From Camelus dromedarius (taxonomy: Eukaryota), in contig NC_087441.1 of NCBI RefSeq assembly GCF_036321535.1, positions 33,418,001-33,482,000 of the forward strand: DNA of 64,000 nt, read 5' to 3'. Below the pieces are notes generated by a model. The model was not told the origin of the DNA. It saw nothing but the letters and a program-made list of their open reading frames with translations, and searched no databases. The translations under genes and the position numbers were made by a program. Positions 39,415-53,989 of this stretch are shown here, in pieces; position 1 is the first letter of the stretch, and each line of letters starts with the position of its first letter.

Positions 39415-41715
39415 GGACTTCTGTTTTCAGGAAGTTGGAGACAGATACTTTTCCCTATCCCCACCCGCCAAAGTACAGCTGAAAACCCTGGACATTACAT
39501 ACATGAAACAAACATTCTACCACTCTGAAAGGTGGAAAGAAGGTAGACTTGCTAGGAACCTTGGGAACCCAAGGAAGGACAGGGGAGTAAGTTCCCCATT
39601 TTTCTTTTGTCTCATACGTACCATTCTTGAAGTTGAAGGAGCCTACAGCCCAGAAATGCCAAGGGACACAGATTAGAAAGCCTGCTCTCTCTAACCAAAG
39701 GACCAGGAAAGGGAAACACTAATAAAACAAAACAAAACAAAAATTAAGACAATAGAGCCCTTCTTTAGCCAACATCACAGAAAAAACTGCAGCCCTACTC
39801 CCCAGCCACAGATCTTCCCACCTGGCCAGGCTGTGGTGTCTGAGAAGCCAGGCAGGGAGCCTGGTCTTTACTCCTGTCAGGAAGGAGGAAGCCCCCCTCC
39901 CTAGTGTCTGTAGAGACCACAAAGGGGGTCTAGACTTCTAACCTCACAATGCAGACAGAAGGCACCCCTCCCTTCCCGACTAGGCTGTGCCAGAGGAGGC
40001 TTAGTGAAGAATCAGGACTCTTACCAATGCTCAGCAGTAATGAGTTCAATGCCCTGCCCCCACAGTATCAGATGAGGCCAAGTGGGAGCCACAACAAGGT
40101 ACTCCTACCCACCCCCTCAGCCATGGAAATACCAGTGAAGGCTGAGTAGAGAGCAGGAACTTCCATTGCCTCTGAACCTTAATGCGAAGCCCTTTCTTTC
40201 TTGGGTTTCAACAGAGTCTGAGAGGGGAACCTGGACTTCTAAACCCTACTCAGAAGTAATGAGTCAGTGTCTCTCCTTCCCCTGCCACTATCAGAGGAGC
40301 CAGCCAAACAGAAAGTTTAAGAAAGATCTAGAGTCTCATAACATAATATCCAAAATGTCCATGTTTCAATTTAAAATTCCTTATCATACCAATAAGGATA
40401 AGGTTCTCAACATGTATGAAAAAAGACAATCAACAGAAGCCAATACAGAGCTGAATGACAGAGATGTTAGAATTACCTAGTAAATATCTTAAAGTAGCTG
40501 TCACAAAATGCTTCAATAAACAATTATGAGCACATTTAAGATAAATGAAAAAGTCTCAGCAAAGAAATAGAAGATATAGAGAACTAAACTAAAAAGTTAG
40601 AACTGAAAAAAAAATGCAAATAACCAAAAAAAAAAAACCCCCAAAACCCAAAAAAACCTCAACCACAGAATGGAGGAGTCAGAGGACAGAATCAATGAAC
40701 TTGAAGACAGAACAAAAGAAATTACCCGACGTGGATAAGAGAAAAAGTAGAAAAAAATGAATAGAGTCTGAGGGACCCATGGGACTATAATAAAACATCT
40801 GATGTTTGTGTCACTGGAGTACTGAAAGGAAAGGAAAAAGCAGTATTAAAAAAATACTTGAAGAAATAGTGACTATAAACCTCCTAAACTTGACAAAAGA
40901 TCTAAACTTATATATTCAAGAAGTTGAGTGAAGCCCAAACAGGACAAATTCAAAGAAATTCATTCCAAGATCCATGACAGTCAAATTTTGGAAAACCAAT
41001 GACAGAAATCTTGAAAGTAGAAAGATGGAAACATTCATGTATAGCTACTCTAGAAAACAGGTGGAAGGTTTCTTAAGAAAACTAAACACACAACTACAAT
41101 ATGACCCAGCAATGCTCTCCTGGCCATTTATCCCAGAGAAAGGAAGACATGCTCACCCAAAAACATGTACACTAAAGTTTACAGCAGCTTTATTCATAAT
41201 AGCCCCAAACTGGACACAATGCAGATGTCCTTCAGTGGGTGAATTGTTAAACAAACTGGTATATATCATGGAACACTACTCAGGAATACAAGAAAGGACT
41301 ATTGATATATGCAACAACCTGCATAAATTTCCATAGAATTATGCTAAGTGAAAAAAGTCAATTCCCTTATATATTCCATTTGGTTGAAATTCTTGAAATG
41401 ACAAAATTATAGAAATGAAGAACAGATTAGTGGTTGTCAGGATTAAGGTGGGTAGAGAGTCACAGGATGTGGCCATAAAACAAAGCAACATGAGGGATCC
41501 TTGAGGTGATGAAACTGTTCAATACCTTGACTGCATCAGTGTCAGCACCTCAATAGTGATATTGTACTGAAGTTTTGCAAGATATTACCAGTGGGGGAAA
41601 CTAGATAAAGGGTACATAAGATTTCTCTGTATTATTTCATATAATTGCATTATATATCTCACAATTATTTTCTGTGTATTTCTATAATTATTTCCCAATG
41701 AAAACTTAATTTAAA
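39415..41715 (+). mobile_element. Old L1 (L1MC/L1MD-like) with 5'UTR and partial ORF1 joined directly to the ORF2 C-terminus and 3'UTR
   Basis: 5' start gacttctgttttcaggaag; ORF1-like region about 40400-41020; ORF2 tail tatgacccagcaat...gcagctttattcataatagcc. Flanking repeat atactatctttt (39403-39414) / atactatatttt (41716-41727). Confidence 0.8.
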
Positions 41716-44700
41716 ATACTATATTTTAGGCAACTGTCATTTATGTTAAAAAGGCCTTTTGTATTATAATTTCTAAATTTGCAAATGTATTTAACAAGAG
41801 GAGTGTACTTGTTTTCTTAAGTACAAAGACGCATTTTAATTCTGGGCACTTATATCAACAAAGAAGTCCATAATAGTTTTTGATGCTGATACAATATAAA
41901 ATTATTATTCAACACTCTTTTCTGACTGAGAGTGGAGATGAGGGTAGCAAACATTAGTTTTTTATCTGCAGTTATCCCGTTCTCAAATAGATTAGCTCTA
42001 TGTTTCAAATAAAATCACCTATTTTTGTTTAGAATTCATAATTCAGATTCTATCATCCCGTGCTTTTTGTACTATGAATTTGAACAGGATATTATGCCCT
42101 CACAAAATATACTTTTAAGTTGCAAATGATCTTACTGATTCTTTTGCATCTTATTCCGTTTATATATTTTGAGATTGCTTTTGTGACGTGTTCTAATATG
42201 ATTATGTCAGTTTTATTAATGAAAGTTTTTTATATGAAGTATTTTTTATGAGGGCTGGTGTATCATTTCAGTCGTTCACTAGTAATTCTTCTCCCAAACT
42301 ACTGCACTGGCTGGACTATTAAGGATCATGTTGCAAATTTTCTTTGCTACGAATAATCCAGGTGCAGTTATCAACCTGCAGTAACTCTTGGAGGATTGCC
42401 TTTAGGGCTATTGTGAATGTTCACAGCCTACTGAGTCAGAAAAGCTTTTCAGAGGATCAGAAACATACCTTAATACCAGCCTTTAGGTATTGTGCTGCAT
42501 CATCAAGCATGACCGTATTAAACACTTTCTAAAAGATTAAATAAAAGTAGATGTCCATGCAAACTTGTATTATCTACTTAAGGCTGGGAAACAGACTGAG
42601 CCAAATGCCAACACTGGCTTAACCAGTAATTCCCGTTGTACATTGGTCTCTGGAGCCTGGTAGATTTCTTCAGGCCAATCTTATCAAAAAGTTACCCGAG
42701 TTCACAAGAGCCTAATGTATTAGCAACATTGGCAGAGCAAGAGAGATTCAGGCAGGGTAAAAGATGACTGATAAAATTCAAATGTCAGCATGGTTAATAC
42801 CTCTCTCAGAGTTTAAATATCACATTAGTTTAAAAAATTGTGTTGAGAGCAGTGGCTCTACCACTCTGTGCAGATGCCAGCTGGGAGGTGATCAAGGCAA
42901 TGGCCGATCTAGTGCAGCAGAGCTGCCACAAGATGCCTTCAGTCTTTGAGGCAGGACCCATAATGGGAGTGTGTAACCAAAACTGTTCGTTAAAAATAAC
43001 CGGCATTATGTTATACACTTAAAACTGATAATATGTTATATATCCCTTACATCTCAGTTGGAAAAAAAAATGATTGGGAAATGCAAAAAAGCAATCTATC
43101 CACAACACCCTGCTATTCTGTTAATAAAACTTTAATATTGTGTATGTGTCACATGTAATAGGGACCCTGATTTATTTACAGTGAAGCATTTGAGAAAGTG
43201 CAATTTTACAGTATTTTGTACAATGTAAACAATCGATACTGTCCAACAGCAACTTTGAACAAATAAGTACATAATTCTCTTGTGAGCAAATGGTACAAAT
43301 AGCATAATTTTTGCTCAGAGATAATAAGGAACCTAAAGCAAAATTAATTGTACAACAAGTGAGACATATGCCAAAATAAATTAGCCCATCTTAGGTCTGT
43401 CAACATTAACAGACAAGGCTAAATATGTTCATTGGAGAGGGTGTGATGTTCCAGTGATGACAGTGGGAGTATAAGGCCAGATTCTTCTGAAGAGACTGGG
43501 AGAACTGTACTGGAATACCAGTTGCAAAAATAACCTATATTTTTTAAAAAGGTGCTAAAACTATGCTAACATTTCTCTCTTTTTCAGAGGTGCTAGATAG
43601 AAGATAAGGAAAATGTGGAATATAAAACTCACCTGGGACTTAACATTACATATTTTTATATCATACCACCATATTTCAAGAAATCCTCAATAAGATGACA
43701 TCATGAGAATATGTATATGTAAGTGTATAGAATATGCATGGAGACTGTACACGGGATCTGTACCTGGTTAAAGATCTAGACCCTGAAAAGGGCCATGATG
43801 AAGAGATCAGTTTAGAACTGGAGGACAGTTTTAAGAAGCATGCTTTAGGTGTCTCACTTTAAGTCTTGTTCTGCATGTCATTTAAAAATTCTTGAGAAAG
43901 AACAACAATGATCTGATGATCAAATTCTCTAAAATATGAAGGATGCCTGAACCAGCAGTTTGGTCCTAAGTTATCTGAAGAGAATGACTGCATGTAGAAC
44001 AAGAGAGGTGACTAGCCCCACTTCCTTCGGGTCTTGTCAGTCAAAATGCTGACAGTGTTCAATGCTGGTGCCACAGCTGAAGAGATACTCAACAGAATTG
44101 TAACCACACAATGAAGGGAGACAGAGGAATGAGATATGATGAGTAAACTTCCCAGTTCATAGGAAGTTATCAATAAACATTGTGATGATGGTGATGATGT
44201 TGATGATGATGATAGAGAATTCCCCATGCAACCGATGGTTGCCTGCTTCCTGGGAACATCACTGAAAACCACATGACCCTGTGATCACTTCCTCCAGAGA
44301 TTTTAAAAATAAGGAATGAGTAAATTATCATTGTTTAGAAATAAAAATTTAGAAATAGTCCATTCATATGTTTTCTGTATAGATGATGTTAAATTAACAT
44401 TTAACAAAGAGAAAAGTGAACATTTCTACCCATTTTAATTTAGTAAATATACTGTATTTTTCCATGTTAAAGTAAATGTGATGAAATACAGTAGGCCAGT
44501 TAATATTTGGGTGATGGTGAATCAGACATTGTCTCTGTCTGTAAGATTCTGTCTTATCCACGTTTCCAGGGGAGTCTAGGATCCTTAGAATAACACAGCT
44601 GTATTTACGTGGGCACAAGTCCTCTGTTTAGGCAGAAGTCATTCCTTCCAATTTCATCTGAGGATACTAAGCAGATTGGACTCCACTGGAGAACTTTCTG

Positions 44701-45989
44701 GAAATGACCAGTTATCATCTTCCAGACTGGAAGCTGACTTCCCTTTGAGTGTTTTTTTTTTTTTTTTTTTTTTTTAACTAAAACAGGAGTTGAGTCAAGA
44801 AATACAGCTGAGACTCATAAACCTCATTGGACAAACTGCAAGTCTGACCTCAAACTCCTTGCTGGCTCTGTGGATGCTTTGTCATGGCCAGCTGGAACGT
44901 CCCCATGGCTTGCAAGCACATACTATCTTCTCATAGACCAGAATTTTAGTCCAGCCTGGCTGGTTATGTGGTGGGGGGTAAGAAAGAGCTAATGGTACCC
45001 AACTTTGATGAATCCTCATAAATCATTTCCTCTTTTGGCAGATAATGAGTGTCAGAAGAAGTGTTAAATGACAAATTCATCATTATGAAAGATATTGATT
45101 AACATTATATCAACACGATGTCAATAAGAACAGTATTCTCACTGTACTAAAAAAGAAAAAAGAAACTAAATAAAAAGGAAACATCAATGTATACTAGCTA
45201 GAGAGAAAACTTGCTTCAAAATGTTATAGTAAACTTAGATGTATTGTTAAGGTTTTGAAAATATGGTTAAATAGGACGCTTAGAGCAACTGGTCCCTTTA
45301 CCATGACGTCTGTGGGAATAAGCTTTATGCTTATGAAAAGGTATTTTATGGAGCATTCAATGAAGCTTCCTTCTGAAGCCAAGTTGTTGCTGTAATATGT
45401 GGCAGGGGAGGATGAATGGGAGTGAAGGTAGTAACAGAAAAAGAACCCCCCAAGGGGAGCAATTTTGAAAGGCACAAAACTGAATTAAAGTGTCACTTAA
45501 AAGGCCTGTCAGCTCTGTCCACGGGTGGCAGGGCAATCTAGTTGGATTGAATAACTTTGGAGTCAGAACTCAGCTATGAATGGTGTTCTTCACTGTCCTC
45601 TCTTCTTTTCTCAGTTGCCTTCTTTTCAGGATAAATCCTAGATTACCTCCTTTCTACAGATCACACAGCCAATATGAGGGTGAAAGATACAGCGTCAACA
45701 CCCTCAGAATAAAAGGATTTCATTAATTAACGTAACAAGATCGTTGCCATCTTGGGAATATATAAACTAGGAAAAACTGCAGCACTATTTGTGTGTTTTA
45801 CTTTTTCATTTTCCAATGTTTAAACTTCAAGCAACCAATCATCTAACTAGCCCCTCACATCCTGGGAGGTAGAAAAGGAAAGGCTAGTTATTACTCTGCA
45901 GGGTAATAGCTGGCATTGTTGAAGTGCTCACTGTATTCTGGGCATAAGCTCATATCTTTACAGATTTGTCCTACCTATTCTTTCCAAAA

Positions 45990-46140
45990 CCAAGGAGAGA
46001 TTTTTCTGTCATCACCCATAATTTATAAATGAGAAAGCTGAGGCTTAGGGGAATTAAGTGATGCTCCAAGATTAAGAGAGAGTAAGGAAAGGACTTCAGT
46101 CCAGGTCTGTAAACCTGAAATCCTGTTTTTCACTCTTACA
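45990..46140 (-). mobile_element. MIR
   Basis: catcacccataatttataaatgagaaagctgaggcttagggg. Confidence 0.65.
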
Positions 46141-47074
46141 TGGTATTGTTAATTTCTCTAACAGGCAAAACTGACAATACTCTCACGTGAGGGGAAAATA
46201 AGATTCTAAAACCCTAAGTGAATTCACACTCAGAAAGGAAAATCATAAAATTAAGTTCACCTACTTTCCCAAGTTGGAAATTTGAACAGAGAGGATAGTA
46301 TTGAGATTTGCATTAGCAGAGCTTGGAAATCAGGAAGAAAAAACCCAGCTCAGCTAGCAGACAAACCACAGAGGAGTTTAATGCCACTCGTGGGGAACCT
46401 GGAGTATACAGGAGAACTGGAGTGTCCCTCCTACTCATTTAATTACCATTTCAGTTCTCTTACGGTGGTTCCAACTCATCATGATTTTATAGTCCTCCTC
46501 TGAATTGTTTATATACGCTCCTACACACCAGAGTGGGCTTCTTATATTAGAATATATTGGTGAGCCACTAATTACCGTCAGTTTACTGCTGGTGAGCAAG
46601 GCAAGCCTCACATTAGCTGGATGGTTATAGGGGTGGTATGGTTTTAAAAGCCTGAAAAATCTAATCAATGGCTCTCCTTGCTCATAAGATTAAGACTTGA
46701 CACCAAAGCATTCAAGAACATGCACGACTGGTTCCATCTTATGATTCCAGCCCCAACTCTTGTGACTTCCCTTTATTCTTCATATTAAATCTCTGGGCAG
46801 TTACCCCCACATATATCTCATACTGTTTGATACCTTCATGCTTTTGATTATGGCATCTCCCTATCCAACAAATAAAATGTAACACTATATAGTGAGTGCC
46901 TACATGCAGCATGGGCTACTTGAAGGCTGCTTTTCAGGGAGGTATTCCTAAAATGTCAAAAGGCACAGATGGGTACTCTTTGCTCTCTACTCATATAGCA
47001 CCTTGTTAAATACTGTTATACAACTTAATTCACTTTATTTTAATTTTTTTTTGCATATTAACTCTTAAACTGGG

Positions 47075-47945
47075 CTATGAGCATCCTCAAAATTCCCCAT
47101 GAATATTTCTATTATCCCAGAAAGTTCCCTCTGGACCCTTTCTTGCCACCATTCCTCCCATTCCTACACCACCCACCAGGCAACCAGTGTTTGGATTGCA
47201 ATGGCCATATAATAATTTTTCATACAAATAGAATCTCACTGCTTTGTGTCTAGCTTTTTCCATTGAACATATCATTTTTGAGATTAATTCAAGATATTGC
47301 ATGTGTCAGTAATTTATTCTCTTTTAGTTTCAACTGGCATTCCATCATATGAATATTCATATATCAGTTAACTTTTGCTACATAACAAACCACCCCAAAA
47401 TTTAGGGTTTGAAACAGCAACTATTCATTTTTTGCTCATTGTTCTGTGGGTTGGCAATTTGGGCTGAGTTCAGATGGACAGTCCTTTTGCTAGACTTGGT
47501 TGAGTTCACTCATGCATCTGTGGTTGACTGTCAATCATCTAGGTAGCTCTTTCCTTGGAGTTGGCTGATTGTTAGTTGAGATGATGAGAACAAATGGACC
47601 ACATATTTGTGGTCTCACATATTTAATCATCCATCAGGGAAATCTGGCTTGTTCAAGTTGATATGGCAGATTCTCAGAGCAGTTAATAGTAGGCTGAACT
47701 TTCCAAATTTCTGTTTGTATTATTTTTGCTATCATCCCAATGTCAAAATGAATGGATTGTCATTACAGAAAAAAATCTCCCATGTTACCACAATTTACTT
47801 ATCTATTTATCTGTTGAAGGAAATTAGTGTTGCCTCCAGGTTTGGGGGGTACTATGCCCTAAATATTTTCTAAAGATCTCTTTGTGAACATATATTTTCT
47901 TTCACCTTAAAGGGATACCCATTAGTGAAATTGCTGGGTCATTTC
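47075..47945 (-). mobile_element. Old L1ME-like fragment interrupted by an MLT1 MaLR LTR (about 47360-47792)
   Basis: L1-like tgtctagctttttccattgaacatatc...gagattaattc and cctccaggtttgggggtac...gaaattgctgggtca flank tatcagttaacttttgctacataacaaaccaccccaaaa...taccaca (reverse complement of MLT1). Confidence 0.7.
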
Positions 47946-49984
47946 AGGGTAAGGACCTTGGCTGGACAGAAGAGGTCTGGACTTTTGGAAATAATTAGCA
48001 GAGAGAATTAACAGTAGATTCTTCAAGAATATAGATTACTGTTATCCAAATTTTATCTTTATTTTAAATTTTTGGTATGTTTGTACAATGTGATCATCTT
48101 CTCAACATCTCATTATGCCCTAAACCTCAGTAAAATTTTGCTCTGCGTTCTTACATTAGCAGTACTTTGGGGAACTAAAGGAATCAAGGTGACAATGTAC
48201 AAAGAAGAGATGTAAAGAGATGACTGAGAATTCAATTGAAAGAGTGGAACTAGGAGTGTCAAGAAAGGCCCTAAGATTCCCCCCGGGATATTGCAGAATG
48301 CACTGTGTCTGGGATGGGAGTTTGGACTACTTTTTAATCCCAGAGAACAAGTTTATCCCAGCAGATGGAAGGCTCTCATTGGCAAACGAACAAGCATAAT
48401 GCCTAGCACTTAGTAAACTCTCCAGGATTGACTAGGTTCTGTTCCCATCTAGTTCCAATCTTGCATCTTGGGCTAACTCACATAATTATACTTTAAGATT
48501 TTCTGATTAAATAGCAATAGGAAGATATGTTTCATACAGTTTACAGGTCAACGTGAAGACAAATGAAGTCATAACTATGAATGTACTTTGAGCTCCTAGG
48601 AGAATATCCTATGATTTAATCATTCACATCATCTCATCAGACTTAGACTCTATTCAACCATTCTCCCCAAGAAGGAAGGAGGTCTTTTTATTTATTTTTT
48701 TCTTGTCCCCAGATGTATTGTTTCAAGTGGTTTCTGTTTCTTTCCCCTCTTTTGTTGAACTTAAAGGATGCAGAAGTTGAAAACTGTCAGCTAATTTAGA
48801 TTTGTGGAAATATCTTCTAAAATTGAAGTATAAGCATAAGGATTAGAATTGTTTCTCTTACTTCCCCAAATTTTAAAAGGACTTTGAAAGATATCTACTT
48901 ATTCTTTATTAGTAAATGTCATTCATATTTCTGAGCTCAAGTATTACTATATTTATATCAAACTAATTCTATCTGGATTACTAGTTTTTATTTTCTCCCT
49001 CTAAATATTATATCATTAAAACTTTCTCATTATACACTTGTCAAAAATTATCAAAGAGAGTACAACATTGATGACTCCATTAAAGAAACAAGAGGGGAAA
49101 AGAAAACAAAAGAGAAAAAAATAGGATTTGGTAAGTTTGTAAAGATAAAAAAAAAAAGAGACTGCTGAGAATGGCCCCCATGCAACAATTTAAAAAAAAA
49201 TCATTATTTAAAAATTGTGATCCAGATGCTGTAAGAATCAAGTTTTTGTTTCTTTAATTCAGCATATTCACATTTACATTGACTTGTAGCTCTTTCCCTC
49301 TAATCTGGGGAAAATGTTTTTCATTCCATCATATTATTTATTATATTTGAAAATACATAAAGGAGCGTGCTCTTCACGGCCACAGCCTCAGCTCAGAGGG
49401 AGAGAGAGCCGTCTGCTTTTTCTTACCTTTAAAGATGCTACCATTATCAGTTGTTCTCGCAGAAAAGTGAGGCTTGATGACAGTCTGTCTTCTCAATTTA
49501 CCTTAATGACTTCAACATTGTTGAAACCTCATTACTGAATGTCATGGCTGCACGTGTGTATATACGTGCATATGAGTATGAATGTGGGTCTTAAGAGAGC
49601 AAAAAATACTGAGTAAGAGATGACATTCTGTTGATTTTCATGGTCTTTATGAAGGTTGACTGAGTTCTAAAATTAAGCCCCGTCTGCTTCTGCAGATCAA
49701 CTTGCTAAAATTAAGACAATTTAAGAGGTACATTTTCTACCCCTAACTTCCCTCATCCAATTCAAAAGTGCCCATCTAGAATTTGTTGGTGACTAAGTAC
49801 GATGCCTTCTAAATCCCCTTCTTTAGATAGCTGATTCCAATTGTTTGCAACTTCACTAGCCCCATGGGATACCATCCTCAATTTTCACAGCTTCCTGAAA
49901 AAGAAGGCAGACCTTGCTGCTCCTCATCTCTGATGAACATCTTCAATCTGAGAGTATTAATAAATAACAAAATTAACATCTTTC

Positions 49985-50160
49985 AATCTCCTCACAATCT
50001 TTATGAGGTAGGCATAATTATTACATCTTCTTTGTGTTCGGGTTATAGAGAAGTTAAATGACTTCCTTGCAGTCACTTGGTATCAAGGCGTAGAGCTGAG
50101 ATTCAAACCCAAGCTAGCTGGCCCCAAAATACCCACTCTTAACAGCTACTCTGTGCTGCC
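49985..50160 (-). mobile_element. MIR
   Basis: atcctcacaat-like start, gaggtaggcataattatt...gttaaatgacttccttgcagtcac...gagattcaaacccaag. Confidence 0.7.
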
Positions 50161-52519
50161 ATTCCAACCTAGGACACAAAAGACTGCGTTCTCCAGGCAC
50201 TGCGGCTTTGTAGAATACTCACTTCATGAATGAAATCTGTCCTTTGAAATGTGGCCGGTTAAGAAAGGAAGCATAAATAAGTACCCACAAGCATGACATT
50301 CTTTCTGGGCTTCAACATTATTTATTAAAAACCTGAATTATTTCTTATATTTAAATGCTTAGGCAATTAAAAAAATCTGACCGCATGGCAATATATTTCC
50401 TGATTACATTTTATTTTGCTGAGGTAAAAATTTCAGGCTCAAATCAACTATTTCTATTTATTAGTCACAATCAACAAATCAAACACACACCGAAACCTCT
50501 AACTTAAGTTGCATATCTACATGTAAGAGGAAACAAACTGTGGTGAAGATGAAATATAGACACCTAGCAGTAGAAAGAAAGGAAACTTTCAATTTTCCTG
50601 AAGGCAAAGTCACTGAAAAAAAAAAAGGCACAAAAATACATGAAAATTGTCAATATAGAGTTCCTGTAATTTGACGTACTCCGCCTATTGTTGGAGAAAG
50701 TTATTGTAAATATGAATATGCTGAATTAAAGAAACAAAAACTTGATTCTTAGAGCACCTGGATCACAATTTTTAAATAATTAATTTTTAAAATTGCTACA
50801 TGGGGGCCATTCTCAGTATCAGTGCTGGGGAACACAAGGCAATCATAGGACTAAAACACACGGCCACAGACTCAAAAGCTTACACTACTTGGGAGGCAAG
50901 GGAAACACACGGATATACAGACACACATACATCACATACTACTTGAATCAGGCGGAACAAAGGACTGGAGGGATGGTGCACTTTTTCACTACCTCTCTGT
51001 GGCTATGGTTCCTTTTCCCACCGTAAAGGGGTGTATTGAGTGATTGGAGGATGGATGAAAAAGAGAGCTGAAAAAATCTACTTCCTGTTCTCAGCTCTTC
51101 TAGCCTCGAATTTCTGCTCTTTTTCAAATGCAATAACGTCAGTCTCAAGCATGGTGTGTTCAGTAGAAACCGAGTGTAGTGTGCAATAAACCCCAGGGTT
51201 TCTCTGGCATTACCAGAGAAAATCCAACACTATACTATTGGGTAGAGATATGAAGTCCGAAGTTATGCAGATGCACCTGTGGAGGGTTAATGAACAACCA
51301 AGGCAAGCTAGGTTCAGTCATCTCTCACAGGGTGGAATGACTGTGAGCAGAGATCCCTGCACACCGTCTCAGGACGGAAATTCCCCCAAACCAACTACAA
51401 ACAGACTCAGGAGGATGAGAGCTGATTTTCTTTTCTGCCAGAAATGTCAGCTTTAATCAAAAGGAGCCGGGTATTGAAGCTGGCACGGCAACCGGGGCAC
51501 TTCCACGTCAGTTACTCAACCTTCCCAGGCTGGACCACTTCAGATTTCTTTCTGGTCCTCCTGGCCCTGACTCTTTGGATATTCTCAGTATTTCAGCAGT
51601 TTGACCTTTTTAAGAGAACAGAAATGTTCAGGATAGTAAAAGAAAAAAAAATCTTTATTTCAATTAAACCAGTGTCAGGCTGCTCATTGCAATAACCTTG
51701 ACTGATACAGCCTGATGCCTCCCAGTGTTATCTTAGGATGGCAGGGTCACTGCTCAAGATGAATGAAGGACTGGAGCTACGAGCATTTTCACACTTCAGG
51801 GATAATGTTCTCTTTATGGTCACATGGAATTATAACACATTTTTTCATGATAAATTGCAAAGTTTTACCTGTATAAAACTATCCTATTCAAAGAGATTTT
51901 GGCGGGGGTTGGGGGCCGGGTACTGGGAATGAAATGGGATTAAATGAACAAAAGTGATGCAATGTTTTCTGGGCGGTCAAAGTTTCCTAAATACTTTAGA
52001 ACTTGAATATATTGTTTGGAGATGATCTCCATTTATAATGTAGGTTTTAAAACCTGTCCTCTATCAATTTCTTATTTAAACCGTTAATCCAATGGGTGAA
52101 AATAGGAATTCCCTTTGAGAAGATTAAAGGCTGTCTTCATACCAAGAACGCTGCAAAAGAAATTTTGGGGTGACTTGGCCCAATTAGTCTCCTGGAACAC
52201 TGTCAGATACAGAACTGGCTTCTGAGTTCCATTTTTGTCTGTCTCAAAACTGTCGCATACCTGCTCTTGCCTTTACCGTTCAGTCCATCGAATACTTAAT
52301 ATTCCAAAACCCTGTAGTTGAAAGAGAGGAAGCATTTTCTCTTCATGGAAGTAAAAAAAAAATGTGCTTGAGTTACTTGTTTACAAAATACAGACTGAGC
52401 CCTTTCCACATGCTATGCCCTAGAGCAGTGGGAGTACTAAGAGTTGAGAGATTGGGAAATTAACGTTTTCTCTCCTGTTCCTTTTAGAGTTGGTAAATTT
52501 GCTTTTTAAAAATAATCAT

Positions 52520-53350
52520 CAGGTTCCTTGACAGAATCTCTAGAGCCTCATACTTGTCTTTCCAACTGCCTACCAGGCACCTCCCCTCGGGTGACCCAGT
52601 AGACATTACAAACTTCCCATGCCCCAGACTAAATTCCTCCTGCTCTTCTCCCTAATACCGGAGTGTAACCACAGCAGTTTTGTTTCAGGAGATGACATGC
52701 CATCCTTCCAGATGTTAAGCCCCAAAGCCAGTGGATTCCTCCTGAACTCTTCTGTCAGACCACAGGACCGATCTGTCAGGAAACACTGTAGGATCTGCCT
52801 CCAAAGGATCTCTAGATTCTGAACACTTTTAGCCCCTGTTGTCTCCCAGGTCCGAATTGCCATTTCTCTCACCTGGACTGCTGCAGTGGTCTCCTAATTC
52901 ATCTCCCCACCTCTACCCATGATCTACTTGTAACACACAGCAGCCAGCATGACCATTATAGGATGTAAGTCAGATCATGTCACTTCTTTGATCAAAACCC
53001 TCCCTGCTCTCCAGTTTGTTCAGGGTAAAGAACAAAGTTATTACAATGGGGCCCAAATAGAACATAATCTGTCCCCTCATTACCTCTCTGACCCGATCCT
53101 TTCCTCCTGTTCCCTTTGTTCACTCTTCTCTTGCCACCATGAGCTTTCTGGCTATCGCTTGAAGAAACAGGCCAATGGTAGCCTTTAAGCACTGCATGTT
53201 CTCTCTGTACCTCTTTCAAGTTTTGTACAAATGTCACCTTCTCAGTGTCACCTTCTTATCTTAGCTGCCTATTTTCAATTGCACTTCCTTGGCACTTTCA
53301 ATACCTCTAACCCTGCTCTATTATTTTTCCATGGTGATTTCATCTGATGC
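52520..53350 (+). mobile_element. LINE-2
   Basis: tccaactgcctaccaggcacctcc...ctctcacctggactgctgcagtgg...gtcagatcatgtcacttctttgatcaaaaccctcc. Confidence 0.85.
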
Positions 53351-53989
53351 ATGAACAAGTCCTTTTTATTCTATTTCCAAATTTAATTGTGTGGTTGACC
53401 TGGGTTATTTTGGCACTAATGATCTAGATGGAAATTGTTGGGTCTGGTTCCTCTTGGGGAAACTGAATGTAAGCTATAATTGGTCCTAGAGTCCTACTTT
53501 GAGAAAATTCCACCAAATCTCTTCTGTGTTCAAACCTACCTCCATCCCTATCCTATCCATCCTGAAGGCCTATGATTCCCTAAAGGTGGAGCCTTCATCC
53601 TCTGGGCCATAACTGATCCTTCCACCATGGTTTAGATGCTGGATCCCCCTGCTTCCTTTTTTCTTCACCTACTTTTACCTCCACCTCTACCCTTAAATGT
53701 TCCCACTCCATTGTTTTTTCCCCTCTCAGGAAAAAGCCACTGAAAATTTAAAAAGCCTTCCATTGATCTATGTCTGCCTCTGTCTATCTCTCTTTCCCAT
53801 TTGCAACCAGGTTTTTTAAGGATTATTTCATACTTGCTCTTTATGTCTTTCACCCCACAATCTAGAGAAATCGGGCTTCTATCTTCTCCTCTATTAAAAC
53901 TCTTCTCACTAAGACTGAAATGGAGAAGGACCCTATGGGTACTTCCCAGGACAGACCTCACCCTCCATGTCCTCTGCCTGTCTCTTGTC

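Noticed and set aside
45510-45532. REST/RE1-like agctctgtccacggg (and gctccacggacc at about 57786)
   Set aside because: Half-site only; the essential CAGCACC half is absent. The second looks like a MER5-type terminus.
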